A DNA stretch of 64,000 nt from a virus. The notes below the pieces were generated by a model that was given only the letters and a program-made list of their open reading frames with translations, searched no databases and was not told the origin of the DNA. The position numbers were made by a program, and so were the translations under genes. Within the stretch, counting starts at the first letter, position 1, and every line of letters begins with the position of its first letter. Shown one piece after another: positions 48,862 to 57,624 of the stretch. Location of the stretch: IMG/VR virus record IMGVR_UViG_3300035210_000132, positions 28,596-92,595 of that record. One strand, 5' to 3'.

Positions 48862-49145
48862 GCTTTAGCCTTGGCCTCTCCAATCACAACAACTTCTTGG
48901 TTCTCAATAGTGTTAATCTGTTCCTGGAGTTCAGCGATGGGACCATCCCCAATCGCCTGGAGCACCGACTCGACCATCTCCTCGGGCACGATCTCGACAG
49001 CACAGTTGGGGACACGGACAGCGCTGGCCTTGCGTCCGTCCTTGCTGATGAACTTCTCATCGACCAGGTAGTGGATAGCCTCCCAGACAGCGAGACGGTG
49101 CTTGAGCTTGGTGATTTCCTCGACCTGTTCCTTTAGCGTGGCCAT
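48858..49145 (-). CDS. Small hypothetical protein (95 aa).
   Basis: ATGA-type overlap. Confidence 0.45.
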   Translation of the reverse strand: MATLKEQVEEITKLKHRLAVWEAIHYLVDEKFISKDGRKASAVRVPNCAVEIVPEEMVESVLQAIGDGPIAELQEQINTIENQEVVVIGEAKAKA

Positions 49146-49732
49146 GTCGGTTCCGTGTAGTTCGAGAGCTTGAACTCAAGGCTGGGGCCGGTATGCCAGA
49201 AGTCCAGGGATGGCCAGGCCCTGGCTTTACCGTTTAGGACAGTAACAGAAGCTGCCTGGATACGACGAAGAGCCAGATCCCGAACTGCATAGGTGACCGC
49301 TTCCAAGAGACCCGGGAATATCTTCTTCACCTGGTTAACCTCTAGCTGGTTCTCGGGATGGTTGACTCGGGTCAGCCACACCATGAGTTCTAGGTTGTCC
49401 GAGTAGACAGGAAAGCCTAGAAGCTTAGCAACGCTGGTGTCGGGAACAGACGGCTTGGGGCCTAGCCACTCGATGATCATCCCTTTGATGATCTCCGTAA
49501 GAGGCAGCTTATAAGCCAAGAACTCCTGGACACTGAGCTGCTTACGGCAGTAGTTATCCGCTTCCTGGAGTTGGATGGTAATAAGCTCTCTTGTTCTCTC
49601 GATTCTGTGACAGGCGAGATGGGGATAGCCCTCTTGATGGAGAAACGTGGTGATGAGCTGCTGGACCTTTTTCGGATCCTTGTCGAGGTACTCAAGGGTC
49701 TTCTGGTTCAGGTACGAGACGGCATTTTCCAT
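49133..49732 (-). CDS. Hypothetical protein (199 aa).
   Basis: ORF in the early-gene array. Confidence 0.5.
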   Translation of the reverse strand: MENAVSYLNQKTLEYLDKDPKKVQQLITTFLHQEGYPHLACHRIERTRELITIQLQEADNYCRKQLSVQEFLAYKLPLTEIIKGMIIEWLGPKPSVPDTSVAKLLGFPVYSDNLELMVWLTRVNHPENQLEVNQVKKIFPGLLEAVTYAVRDLALRRIQAASVTVLNGKARAWPSLDFWHTGPSLEFKLSNYTEPTWPR

Positions 49733-49929
49733 GGTGCAAAACCTCGCAAATCACGGTGATAAGCAAGATGCAGAAAGCGCGTGGACTGTACCAGGCCGGG
49801 CGTACCTGCAATATTTTGCAAACAGCCGAGATAAGAGCACTGGATACAAACCGGGGAAGATCACTGCACTGGGCGTACTGGATAGTCCGGGAAAGCAGTG
49901 CAGTCGAGGGTCTGGTTGTGAGCGCGACA
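49733..49929. promoter_or_regulatory. AT-richer ~200-nt intergenic region upstream of the 199-aa gene. Contains TGCAA-TATTT-TGCAA repeat elements; candidate promoter or operator.
   Basis: 'ctgcaatattttgcaaac' at 49805-49822. The ORFs predicted here are low-complexity and unconvincing. Confidence 0.3.
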
Positions 49930-50106
49930 CTACTGGGCTCCTCGCTTTACTACTTCCCAGGCCCCATGAATCGAGCATCCTACCATCCTAGCGATCTCAG
50001 GATAGCTCTTTCCATTGTTTCTTAGATCCAAGATTTTCTGCCGACGGTCACTTCGAATCTTTGGGCTACGCTTGGTCTTAAAACGAGCTGCCCACTTATA
50101 GCTCAT
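49930..50106 (-). CDS. 58-aa helix-turn-helix DNA-binding protein missed by the ORF track (MSYKWAARFKTKRSPKIRSDRRQKILDLRNNGKSYPEIARMVGCSIHGAWEVVKRGAQ).
   Basis: Strong SD GAGGGGG 8 nt upstream of the ATG at 50104-50106. 'RRQKILDLRNNGKSYPEIARMVGCSIHGAW' is a classic HTH of the sigma-region-4 or resolvase type. Confidence 0.55.
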   Translation of the reverse strand: MSYKWAARFKTKRSPKIRSDRRQKILDLRNNGKSYPEIARMVGCSIHGAWEVVKRGAQ

Positions 50107-50151
50107 TTCAGGTACCCCCTCTAACGCTGGACAGTAGCTTCCTTCATTCTT

Positions 50152-50607
50152 TTAGCCCATAACCAGTCCGGCCAGACGAGCGAAGGCTTCTTTCTTTAGC
50201 TGTGGAAGCGACCCCTGAGCCTTGAGCTCTAGCTGTACCATACGCACGTGCTTGCAGTCTCGGGTCTTCTGGCCCTTCTTCCACGACTTCGCGTAAGTCC
50301 AGTCACCGCAGTTGCAGGAGTAGCGGTCTGCTTCTGGATGGTACTTGACTGTGTAGTGCTTACCAGAGACCTGACTGGGTACCTGGAACGACGGCACGCC
50401 CTTGGCCTGCTTGTGCCTGGCGATGTTCTCGGAGAAGCGCTTGAGCTTGCTGTCCGAACGTGGATCTTCCTTTACGGCCTGCACGAAATCCTTGGAGCGC
50501 AGGTTCTTCTGGAAGGTCTTCCACTGGGGCGAGCCGAAGTGGCTGTCGAGAAATTCCTGGGACGCCCCAGCAATCTTGACCAGGGCCTCGAACAGCTGCT
50601 TCTTCAT
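50152..50607 (-). CDS. SWIM zinc-finger protein (151 aa).
   Basis: 'CNCGDW...(17)...CKHV' fits the CxCxnCxH SWIM signature. Confidence 0.55.
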   Translation of the reverse strand: MKKQLFEALVKIAGASQEFLDSHFGSPQWKTFQKNLRSKDFVQAVKEDPRSDSKLKRFSENIARHKQAKGVPSFQVPSQVSGKHYTVKYHPEADRYSCNCGDWTYAKSWKKGQKTRDCKHVRMVQLELKAQGSLPQLKKEAFARLAGLVMG

Positions 50608-51221
50608 GCCTTGAATAATGCCGTGAAACGGTCTACGAGAGAAGCTCCTGTCGAGGTGTCCTGGATGATGTGCTTCAGGGGGTACAAGAAAGCCCCACGA
50701 AGTCTTCGAGCTTCCTCCATGCCCTTGACCTCCGCCTGAGTGCGGTAGCGGATGTCGAGCGGGTGGTACTTGCAGTAGACGTCGGCGTCACTGTTCAGCT
50801 TGCGGAAGAGCAGTTCGGTGAGCTCAGACAGTTCCTGGATACTGCCGTAGAAAGGCATCTGGCCAGTCAGGTGCATAGACGGGATGCGTCTCTTGCACCC
50901 AGTGCACAGGGCCACATCGGCGATGATGTTCATGGATCCGATGGGAGCACCGCAACCATGAGGCGTGGGCTCTTTAGCTTGTGCCATGCGCTTCAGGGTC
51001 GGCAGCACCGAAGGCGGAGTGGTGTTGCTTTCTTCAAACAGCCGGTGGTCCAGGCACAGGTACATCTGACCATCGCCACCACCATGGAAGAACTTCCCGG
51101 ACTCCATGAGGAGCACCAGGGCCTTGAAGTCCTTCTTGGTGGTCCGATCAGGGCCAAAGTGGATCTCGATCTTGAACTTGGCCCGGATCTCTCCGAACTC
51201 CGTACTGAGATCGTCACTCAC
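50604..51221 (-). CDS. Hypothetical protein (205 aa) with a possible Cys-rich metal site ('HGCGAP...CTGCKR').
   Basis: ORF with ATGA-type overlap. Confidence 0.5.
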   Translation of the reverse strand: MSDDLSTEFGEIRAKFKIEIHFGPDRTTKKDFKALVLLMESGKFFHGGGDGQMYLCLDHRLFEESNTTPPSVLPTLKRMAQAKEPTPHGCGAPIGSMNIIADVALCTGCKRRIPSMHLTGQMPFYGSIQELSELTELLFRKLNSDADVYCKYHPLDIRYRTQAEVKGMEEARRLRGAFLYPLKHIIQDTSTGASLVDRFTALFKA

Positions 51222-51706
51222 TTGACTTCCCCTCCTGGGCGGCTGATGCGGAAGTCGCTCTTACCCCCGACGGTGTAGGCGCCTTTGCCTAGGGGTGTGG
51301 GCAGTCGATCACCCGTTACCCCAGTGAACTCCATCTCCTCGAGCTCCCCTGCCCGTACCTTGGACAAGGTCCCCGGGTCCTCTCCCCGAACCACTCGATT
51401 GAGGTAGTCCAGGGAGGTGCTCATGTCCAAAGACTGGATCGAGACGTTCCAACCAAACACCAGCTTCTTCTCTTTCAAGAAATATAGACGACAGATGTGA
51501 GCCTGCCAGCTATAGGGCCGCCCTTGCTCTATCTCGGTGGCCAGGAGCAACCGCCTCACCAGACCGACCCACTCGTCGTCCTTACCAGGCAGCACTCTAC
51601 AGAGCACTCGAACCTGACTCTCTCCGTAAGTGCTGTTCACCGCTTGAGCCAGCCCGGTTGCTTCCAACGCTCTGGCTAGACGATCTGCGTAGGCCTTCGA
51701 GCTCAT
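51218..51706 (-). CDS. Hypothetical protein (162 aa).
   Basis: ORF. Confidence 0.5.
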   Translation of the reverse strand: MSSKAYADRLARALEATGLAQAVNSTYGESQVRVLCRVLPGKDDEWVGLVRRLLLATEIEQGRPYSWQAHICRLYFLKEKKLVFGWNVSIQSLDMSTSLDYLNRVVRGEDPGTLSKVRAGELEEMEFTGVTGDRLPTPLGKGAYTVGGKSDFRISRPGGEVK

Positions 51707-51707
51707 A

Positions 51708-52028
51708 TTACTCCTCTTTCACGAGACTAAGAGCACGTTTTACCGTATCAAGATTGGGGACCTTGCCCTCATGGACCAGCCTCTCGAGTTCGGAGATCTC
51801 CAGGATCTTCTTCTCAATCAACTGGGTTGAGAGCTCGAGGGCTCCGATGCATGCCCAGGTACCCGACCAGCGCTCCAAGCCAGCCGCCCGTGAAGGGCTC
51901 TCCTCAGAGCTCTCGAGTAGCCGCTTGCGGATGAGATCATACGCTGACATGAACGCCAGAAGATCCTTGCGAAGCTCTCGCCTCTCTTCCACCAGAGTAC
52001 TCAAGCTGTATCCTACTAGCTCCGCCAT
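51708..52028 (-). CDS. Small helical protein (106 aa).
   Basis: ORF. Confidence 0.45.
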   Translation of the reverse strand: MAELVGYSLSTLVEERRELRKDLLAFMSAYDLIRKRLLESSEESPSRAAGLERWSGTWACIGALELSTQLIEKKILEISELERLVHEGKVPNLDTVKRALSLVKEE

Positions 52029-52327
52029 TTCTCCAGAACCTCAGCAGGAGCGTGAAAACCCAAGACGAAGTCGCCGTAGGAGATCTTGGCCCTGAACCCT
52101 TGACTGCTACTCAAGGAGATTTCGTACTGCACTCCTCCTGGCCTTGCTTGGTTGCTAACTTCCTGGGCAGGTTGACTGTAGTCGACCACCTTGATGGAGG
52201 GCGACCAGCCCGGATGCTGATCCGCGTAGCAGTAGTGACAGAGGAGCTTCTTCGTGTCGAAGTCGAACTCGGTCTGCTCCTTGAGCAGGTCGCGACGACC
52301 ACATTGAGGATTTTCACACCACGCCAT
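52016..52327 (-). CDS. Small zinc-binding protein (103 aa).
   Basis: 'CENPQCG...(21)...CHYC'. Preferred over the overlapping 52111..52362 ORF. Confidence 0.45.
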   Translation of the reverse strand: MAWCENPQCGRRDLLKEQTEFDFDTKKLLCHYCYADQHPGWSPSIKVVDYSQPAQEVSNQARPGGVQYEISLSSSQGFRAKISYGDFVLGFHAPAEVLEKWRS

Positions 52328-52358
52328 GATGTCTCCCTTTCCAGCCAGCCCGACTGGT

Positions 52359-52799
52359 TCAATCGACGGTCACAAGCAAAGCGATTACTCGGTCTTGGTT
52401 AAAAATTAGATCGATGTCCAAGACCGTCTTGGTATCCCACGTCATAGGGTCCTCTGTAGAGACCCTAACTCGAACCCCTCTAGTCAAGTTCGCCATGTTC
52501 CTAGATACCAAGAGTACGAGACGGTCCATGGTGTCTAGGTAGCCCTTGAGGGATGCATTACCCGGGAGCATCACCACCACTTCGCGCTTGGCGTCTACTT
52601 CCAAGCGCGTTTCCCTAACCTCGTTGGCGTCTTCGAGAAGCTTCTCGATGTCTTCGGCGAAATCAGCCAAGGCGAGTTTTGCCAAGTCCCCTGCTTTGTC
52701 AGAAGCCCCTACATCGAGCTGGCCCCAGCTCTCCAGCAACCGAAGGACGTGAACATCGATGATCCCAGAGGCGATCATCTTCTCTGTCAATGGCTTCAT
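52359..52799 (-). CDS. Hypothetical protein (146 aa).
   Basis: ORF. Confidence 0.5.
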   Translation of the reverse strand: MKPLTEKMIASGIIDVHVLRLLESWGQLDVGASDKAGDLAKLALADFAEDIEKLLEDANEVRETRLEVDAKREVVVMLPGNASLKGYLDTMDRLVLLVSRNMANLTRGVRVRVSTEDPMTWDTKTVLDIDLIFNQDRVIALLVTVD

Positions 52800-53320
52800 G
52801 GAATCACCGCCTTAAGGGAAAACTGCAGCTCACCCTCATCGTCAGAGCCGCACAACACGAAAACGTCTTCTTCGATGGCGGTGTCAACCTGCACCGGTAC
52901 CCCAAAGAACGCTAGGTTGGTGATGGGGATCTGGACGCGAAGCCACTGTTGGAACAAGAACCGATTGCCGAGGAGCAGGTGACTCAGGCTCAAGCCTTCG
53001 TTGTGGATGATCTGACTCATCTCCCACAAATGAGCAAAAGCTGGGCGAGACCGTGACTCCTCCTCGATCACGTACTCTGTCATCGGCTTGGCCTTGATCT
53101 GGTCGTAGACCGAGACGGTGGCCTGGTCCGGAGCTTTATCCTTGGGCACCATCTTCTCAAAGAGGATGGGCTTGCCTATCTCCAGGGTCAGCTTCTGAGT
53201 ATAGGGGTTCTCCTTGAGAACGGCCCTGATGGCCGTGACAATGTCATCTACCCCCTTACCCAGAAAGGGAATACTGTCCTTGACCCGAACCCACCCGGGT
53301 TTATCAGAATTGCGGGACAC
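52796..53320 (-). CDS. Hypothetical protein (174 aa).
   Basis: ORF with ATGA-type overlap. Confidence 0.5.
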   Translation of the reverse strand: MSRNSDKPGWVRVKDSIPFLGKGVDDIVTAIRAVLKENPYTQKLTLEIGKPILFEKMVPKDKAPDQATVSVYDQIKAKPMTEYVIEEESRSRPAFAHLWEMSQIIHNEGLSLSHLLLGNRFLFQQWLRVQIPITNLAFFGVPVQVDTAIEEDVFVLCGSDDEGELQFSLKAVIP

Positions 53321-53486
53321 TGCCAGCCTCGACGTTCTTCTTCAGCTCCGTGAAGTAGTCCACGATGAGCTGGGTGACGTTGGTATTATGCTCGTGCGCG
53401 TACCGCTTGGCCCAATAACTCAGGTCCATAGGAAGCCGTATGTTCAGACGGATCTTCTCCGCCTTCCTCTTGTTTGGCCGAGCCAT
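53304..53486 (-). CDS. Ribbon-helix-helix (Arc/CopG-like) DNA-binding protein (60 aa).
   Basis: 'IRLNIRLPMDLSYWAKRYAHEHNTNVTQLIVDYF' shows the canonical RHH strand plus helix pattern. Confidence 0.55.
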   Translation of the reverse strand: MARPNKRKAEKIRLNIRLPMDLSYWAKRYAHEHNTNVTQLIVDYFTELKKNVEAGSVPQF

Positions 53487-53495
53487 CAGGTGGTC

Positions 53496-53843
53496 CTAAG
53501 AAAACGCCCCCAGCTGCACATCTTCTTCGATGACGGCCATGACATCCTCAGCACGAATCATGAAGACGGGGTTATCTCCCTCTGCATCGAAGCCTTGTAC
53601 TGCATCCTTGAGAAAGCCGCGGTAGCAAACACGCATCCCTGGTTCGAGGTCGTAGCCGATCTTGCCCCGAATCTCGTCCCGGTCGCCTACCCGTAGAAGA
53701 TGCCCAGTACCTTCCATGACCCTCTCGATGCCCGTGATGGCCTCGGTCAAGTAGATCCCTCCCTTGGTCTTCTTGACGCGAGGGTCGCCTTTGACGATCA
53801 GCCACAGGTGCAGCGGTCTAGTGTCTTTCCAACGCAGGCCCAT
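53496..53843 (-). CDS. groES: GroES-like co-chaperonin (Hsp10 family; functional analogue of T4 gp31), 115 aa.
   Basis: Aligns with E. coli GroES at 'RPLH..LIVK', 'KTKGGIYLT', 'LRVGDR' and the C-terminal 'PVFMIRAEDVMAVIEE'. Confidence 0.7.
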   Translation of the reverse strand: MGLRWKDTRPLHLWLIVKGDPRVKKTKGGIYLTEAITGIERVMEGTGHLLRVGDRDEIRGKIGYDLEPGMRVCYRGFLKDAVQGFDAEGDNPVFMIRAEDVMAVIEEDVQLGAFS

Positions 53844-54125
53844 CTAGACCTCCGAAACCGCGTCCACCGACAGCTTCAGGGCAGCCATGATGTCGCGCTT
53901 GGCCCAGGCTTGAGCAGGGCGTAGGCTAACCGCGTTCTCGTTCAGGTAGTAGATCTCTCCTCCTGGGATGACCAGGACGATCTTGATCATCTCTTTGCCG
54001 AAACCGTCCCGCATCTTGACGATGGCCGTCTTGATCTCCTTGATGCCCAACACCCTAGCGCCCGATAGATCTTCCTCTGGCAGAGGAGTTGCTCCCGTCT
54101 TCTGGTACTGATCCTGTGTCGCCAT
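53844..54125 (-). CDS. Hypothetical protein (93 aa). The start is set at the ATG at 54123-54125, which has a perfect SD AAGGAG 7 nt upstream.
   Basis: SD read directly. Overlaps the 3' end of the next gene by ~70 nt in a different frame. Confidence 0.5.
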   Translation of the reverse strand: MATQDQYQKTGATPLPEEDLSGARVLGIKEIKTAIVKMRDGFGKEMIKIVLVIPGGEIYYLNENAVSLRPAQAWAKRDIMAALKLSVDAVSEV

Positions 54126-54411
54126 AACCAATCTCCTTCTTGGGGGTCAATGCTGGGGCGAAGGCACTCAGGTCCATCGGAGCCAGCTTTCCTGTGGAGC
54201 AGCCGCACTTCCGTGCGACTACCTTCTTGATGACGTCTACTTGGTAACTGACCGGCTGCGTGCATACGGGACAGATGTGCTTCTGATCCCCTAAGGGGGT
54301 CAGAGTAAATTGGGGGCCAGGCGCCACCAGCTGGGTGAGTAGCTCCAGCACCAAATCAAGCTTGTGCTCAAGGCGCATCTGGGCTTCGGACAGGGCATCA
54401 TCTGCTGCCAT
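54055..54411 (-). CDS. Small zinc-finger protein (118 aa). This is the C-terminal part of the 219-aa track ORF, starting at 'MAADD'.
   Basis: The ATG at 54409-54411 lies 2 nt after the upstream TAG, preceded by the SD GAGGT. 'CPVC...(14)...CGC'. Confidence 0.45.
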   Translation of the reverse strand: MAADDALSEAQMRLEHKLDLVLELLTQLVAPGPQFTLTPLGDQKHICPVCTQPVSYQVDVIKKVVARKCGCSTGKLAPMDLSAFAPALTPKKEIGYGDTGSVPEDGSNSSARGRSIGR

Positions 54412-54413
54412 AA

Positions 54414-54848
54414 CTACCTCGCCTCGGTTACTTTGAACACGGTCGCCCCCAAGGTAGAGGACGCAAAGTGGATGACCTTGGTACCAAGGGTCAAAGATAT
54501 GATCAGAGACCGCTGAGGGTCGGATGACGCTTTCAGGTCGACCTCGGTGATGGTGGATCCAAGCAGGAGCTTGCGTAGATCCTTCGGACCGCAACGCTTC
54601 TCGTTGGGGAGCCCAGCGCCGAACGATGCCTGGAAGAGCTGCAAAGCACTGATGTGCTGCGACCCCTTCACCTTGATGTTGCCGGCGGCGTAGATCTTGA
54701 CCTTGCCCCCGCAAGCTTCATGATTCGGACAACGCATGCTCTTCTTCAGCAGGTGAGCATTCGGGTCAGAGTCAGGAACCACAAAGGCTGCTGAGCAGCC
54801 CTTGCAGATGTAGATGCGAACAGGCGAGGCCACCGATCCGCGGTTCAT
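54414..54848 (-). CDS. Zinc-finger protein (144 aa).
   Basis: 'CKGC...(22)...CPNHEACGG'. Confidence 0.5.
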   Translation of the reverse strand: MNRGSVASPVRIYICKGCSAAFVVPDSDPNAHLLKKSMRCPNHEACGGKVKIYAAGNIKVKGSQHISALQLFQASFGAGLPNEKRCGPKDLRKLLLGSTITEVDLKASSDPQRSLIISLTLGTKVIHFASSTLGATVFKVTEAR

Positions 54849-55186
54849 ATCTGATCTACCCCATCATCAGGCGACTCCTGAGCCTCGTCTGAGTCACCCC
54901 CTTCGTCGGTCAACTGACTTTGTTGCTCGGCTACCCCGTTCCCCTCGGCGTACATGATCTTGATAACTTCCTGGGCAGCTTCAGGAGAGATGGGGATCCT
55001 GAGTGCCCCTTTGTTCAAAACGAGAAGGAACTGCACCACCCCGTCATTGTCGAAGTCACTCTCTTGCGCTAAGCCCGTAACCTTGAGGTCTTTCATATGG
55101 TCACCTTTGGTGCAGGGGGAGGAACGGGACGGGGTACCTGCACCCCAGGATGGGCAATCTTCTCGAGCAGCCGCAAAAGAGTACAA
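54845..55186 (-). CDS. Small acidic protein (113 aa; possibly starts at an internal Met).
   Basis: Acidic C-terminus 'DEGGDSDEAQESPDDG'. Confidence 0.4.
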   Translation of the reverse strand: MYSFAAAREDCPSWGAGTPSRSSPCTKGDHMKDLKVTGLAQESDFDNDGVVQFLLVLNKGALRIPISPEAAQEVIKIMYAEGNGVAEQQSQLTDEGGDSDEAQESPDDGVDQI

Positions 55187-55244
55187 GGCTCTTTAGGGCC
55201 TACTACATAGGCCTTGCAGGAATCACGGCACAAGCGCAACCCAT

Positions 55245-55661
55245 CTAGAAAGCAGTACCTCTGGGACGGCGCCGGGCTTTCTCCACCGGGTCGAGCTGAG
55301 TCAACTTGCCCTCCTCGGTCATCGACAGCCGCTTGGCCTGCTCCTTCTGGCCTTGCTTCAGGCGAGCCTTGACGCTCTTCCTGGTCATATCTTCTAGTGG
55401 GGTCACCGACAGCACCCCCCGGTTGATTTCCTTCATCAGCTGGTTGCGCCACTTAGAGGACTCCTCGGCCTTGGTGTTCCGATCGAAGGGGAAGTAGGCC
55501 TCCTTGAGCTGGTCGAAGACCTCCTTGATGACCTTCTCCTCGGCATCTTTCTGCGCCAGTAGGCTTTGTACCAGCGCTCGAGATTTCTGGAACTCGATCT
55601 TCTGCCGCATCTGCCATACGAGAATGAAGACTATCTCCAAAGGGGTGCCGGGCTCCGGCAA
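55245..55661 (-). CDS. Basic helical protein (138 aa).
   Basis: ORF. Confidence 0.45.
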   Translation of the reverse strand: MPEPGTPLEIVFILVWQMRQKIEFQKSRALVQSLLAQKDAEEKVIKEVFDQLKEAYFPFDRNTKAEESSKWRNQLMKEINRGVLSVTPLEDMTRKSVKARLKQGQKEQAKRLSMTEEGKLTQLDPVEKARRRPRGTAF

Positions 55662-55714
55662 CTTCGCCGCCTTCTCGTATAGTATGTTTGCCCGCGCCCA
55701 TCCCAGTGGAGTCT

Positions 55715-56608
55715 CTAAAAACCCTTGATGTTGTCCACCACCAGAAGGCGTTGAACACGTCGGCTGAACCAGGCGTAGTTGACGCTCAAGTCAGCAAGCA
55801 GGGTAAAGGGCAACTTCGAGATGAGCTTGAGCTTGGCCTCAAAAGCTTCTTTGTCCGGCTCCCCACTCTTGTCCAGATGGGAGGGGAAAGGCCGACCATT
55901 CAGGGCGTAGATGCCTGCCGTCAGATTCAGGAGCGAGTAGCGATCCATGATGTACTGCTCACTGCCACGCTCACTCGACATCCAGCGCTTGATGAAGAGA
56001 TCTTCGCTGCCTGACACCGAGCGATACACCGGCTCGAGCTTCCCTGGGATGATAGGTACTTTCTGGCGGATCTCCCCCTGAAGGATGAGGTCCTCCACCT
56101 GCATCTCGTCACAGCGTTTCTCGATGGCCTCACGACGGACCCGGTTAGCCGTCAGGCTACGTACTTTCCTTCCGAACTCATCGGTCTCGTACTGGGTGTC
56201 AATCTCGTCGATCTCTTCTTCTACTTTCTTGAGATCGTCCTCCTTCGCAGGCTTTTCCGCGTTTGCCTCGAGGACCTCCCGGACTTGCTGGGCTGTGTCA
56301 GGACGGAGCACTGAAGATCCAGGGGGCCTGGGGGGGTTCACGAATTCCCCCGTCTCGGGCTTGGGTTCCTGGGTACGAGGCACCTTGGGTTGGTTCGCGG
56401 CGTAAGCCGACCCGATTCCGGGGATGAAGCCTCCGGATGACTGCAGACGAGCTTGTTCCTCGGCCGTGAGGACTTTGCGGGCTGACTCCGATACCACCCT
56501 ACCGGGAATAGGGTCCTGGTCGAACCGAGGAAGGGGAGGGAGATTGGAATGAGGAGCTCTGGTTTTCGCAGCCGCCATTTTGGCGGCGTAGTCGTCATCA
56601 TCAGACAT
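55715..56608 (-). CDS. Hypothetical protein (297 aa) with an acidic N-terminus.
   Basis: ORF. Confidence 0.5.
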   Translation of the reverse strand: MSDDDDYAAKMAAAKTRAPHSNLPPLPRFDQDPIPGRVVSESARKVLTAEEQARLQSSGGFIPGIGSAYAANQPKVPRTQEPKPETGEFVNPPRPPGSSVLRPDTAQQVREVLEANAEKPAKEDDLKKVEEEIDEIDTQYETDEFGRKVRSLTANRVRREAIEKRCDEMQVEDLILQGEIRQKVPIIPGKLEPVYRSVSGSEDLFIKRWMSSERGSEQYIMDRYSLLNLTAGIYALNGRPFPSHLDKSGEPDKEAFEAKLKLISKLPFTLLADLSVNYAWFSRRVQRLLVVDNIKGF

Positions 56609-56610
56609 GG

Positions 56611-56937
56611 TTACTCGTCTCCGCCGAAGTTACGGCTGGGGTCGCGAAAAGCAGCTCCGGTGTACTGCACCGCAGGAAGATCATCAGCGGGAGCAGGAAG
56701 GCCAGCAGGAGGCGGTGCCTCTAGGAAGTCAGGCTTGGCCGCCCCCATGGATCCCCCAGACCAGCGATTACCACACTTACGACAGTCGAAGAAGGTCTCG
56801 TACTGATTCTGCCTTCCGTCGTATTCAGCGCTCTTGCACTTGGGACAACGAACGACGGCCTGGAGACCGCTACCTTCTTTCTTGAACGGGTGATCGAACA
56901 TCCTAACCTCCGGAGTACGTTGTCTGTACAGCATCAC
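56611..56937 (-). CDS. Zinc-ribbon protein (108 aa).
   Basis: 'CPKCKSAEY...(17)...CRKCGNRW' is a CxxC-x17-CxxC ribbon. Confidence 0.5.
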   Translation of the reverse strand: MMLYRQRTPEVRMFDHPFKKEGSGLQAVVRCPKCKSAEYDGRQNQYETFFDCRKCGNRWSGGSMGAAKPDFLEAPPPAGLPAPADDLPAVQYTGAAFRDPSRNFGGDE

Positions 56938-56945
56938 AAAGTCAA

Positions 56946-57236
56946 CTACTTTGTGGCTGGCCTAGAAATTCCCCTATGAGCCTCTACGGTTATCGCCACT
57001 CCTCTCCTGATCTCCTCGGATAAAGTAGCCCGTACCAGTGGCTCTACGATCCCCTCGGAGAAGTCACGGTGGCAGCCCACCCAGACCGAATAATGGGAGG
57101 GCATGTAATCGGTCGCAGGACGAATCGACACTCCAGCAAAGAGGACCCCGGAGGACTCGGGCAGAGCCAGAAGCCGCTTCTCCATAGATCGTGCCAAATC
57201 CGCTTCTTCCTCGGTCACCAGGACAACTACTTTCAT
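56946..57236 (-). CDS. Hypothetical protein (96 aa), first gene of the minus-strand early block.
   Basis: ORF. A 70-nt divergent intergenic region follows. Confidence 0.45.
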   Translation of the reverse strand: MKVVVLVTEEEADLARSMEKRLLALPESSGVLFAGVSIRPATDYMPSHYSVWVGCHRDFSEGIVEPLVRATLSEEIRRGVAITVEAHRGISRPATK

Positions 57237-57307
57237 AGCCTAGATCCCTACCACCAACCTCCAAGAAAACCAATCTTCTCACAGCAACCTAGTCGGACCA
57301 GGCTGGA

Positions 57308-57547
57308 TTGATGGCAATGTTGGCTGAGGATCTAGTTAAGGCGGAGCTTAGACGTCTGCGCTTCTTGGATCGAGAGCACCGGCGTATCAGTGAAGAAGCA
57401 GAGTCCCTCTCCAGAGAAGTAAGAGACAAGGCACGGGCCATCTCGAAACAGCTTCGCGAGCTGCTGGGGCAAGCTAGGCAGAGTCCTGAGAAAGAACGCG
57501 CCTGGACACTCTGCCAGCAGTTGGTAGAGCAGCTTGCTCATCTGTAG
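57308..57547 (+). CDS. Small coiled-coil protein (79 aa), first plus-strand gene of the late cluster.
   Basis: ORF; helical and charged. Confidence 0.4.
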   Translation: MMAMLAEDLVKAELRRLRFLDREHRRISEEAESLSREVRDKARAISKQLRELLGQARQSPEKERAWTLCQQLVEQLAHL

Positions 57548-57624
57548 GCTACGAAGTCCTTCTCTCTTAGTAGTGACGCACGTAACATCGCGTCTAGGGC
57601 TACATCTATAAGGAGGCAAGGTTA

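Noticed and set aside
49751-50025. ORFs 49751..49978 (-), 49756..50025 (+) and 49647..49991 (+) in the 49.7-50.1 kb gap.
   Set aside because: Low-complexity or cross-frame translations with no RBS. The region is better explained by an intergenic regulatory segment plus the 58-aa HTH gene.
54055-54714. The full 219-aa ORF as a single gene.
   Set aside because: Its first 100 codons overlap the better-supported 144-aa zinc-finger gene in another frame and are Arg/His/Gln-rich. A canonical start (SD plus ATG at 54409-54411) directly follows the upstream stop, so only the C-terminal 118 aa are called.
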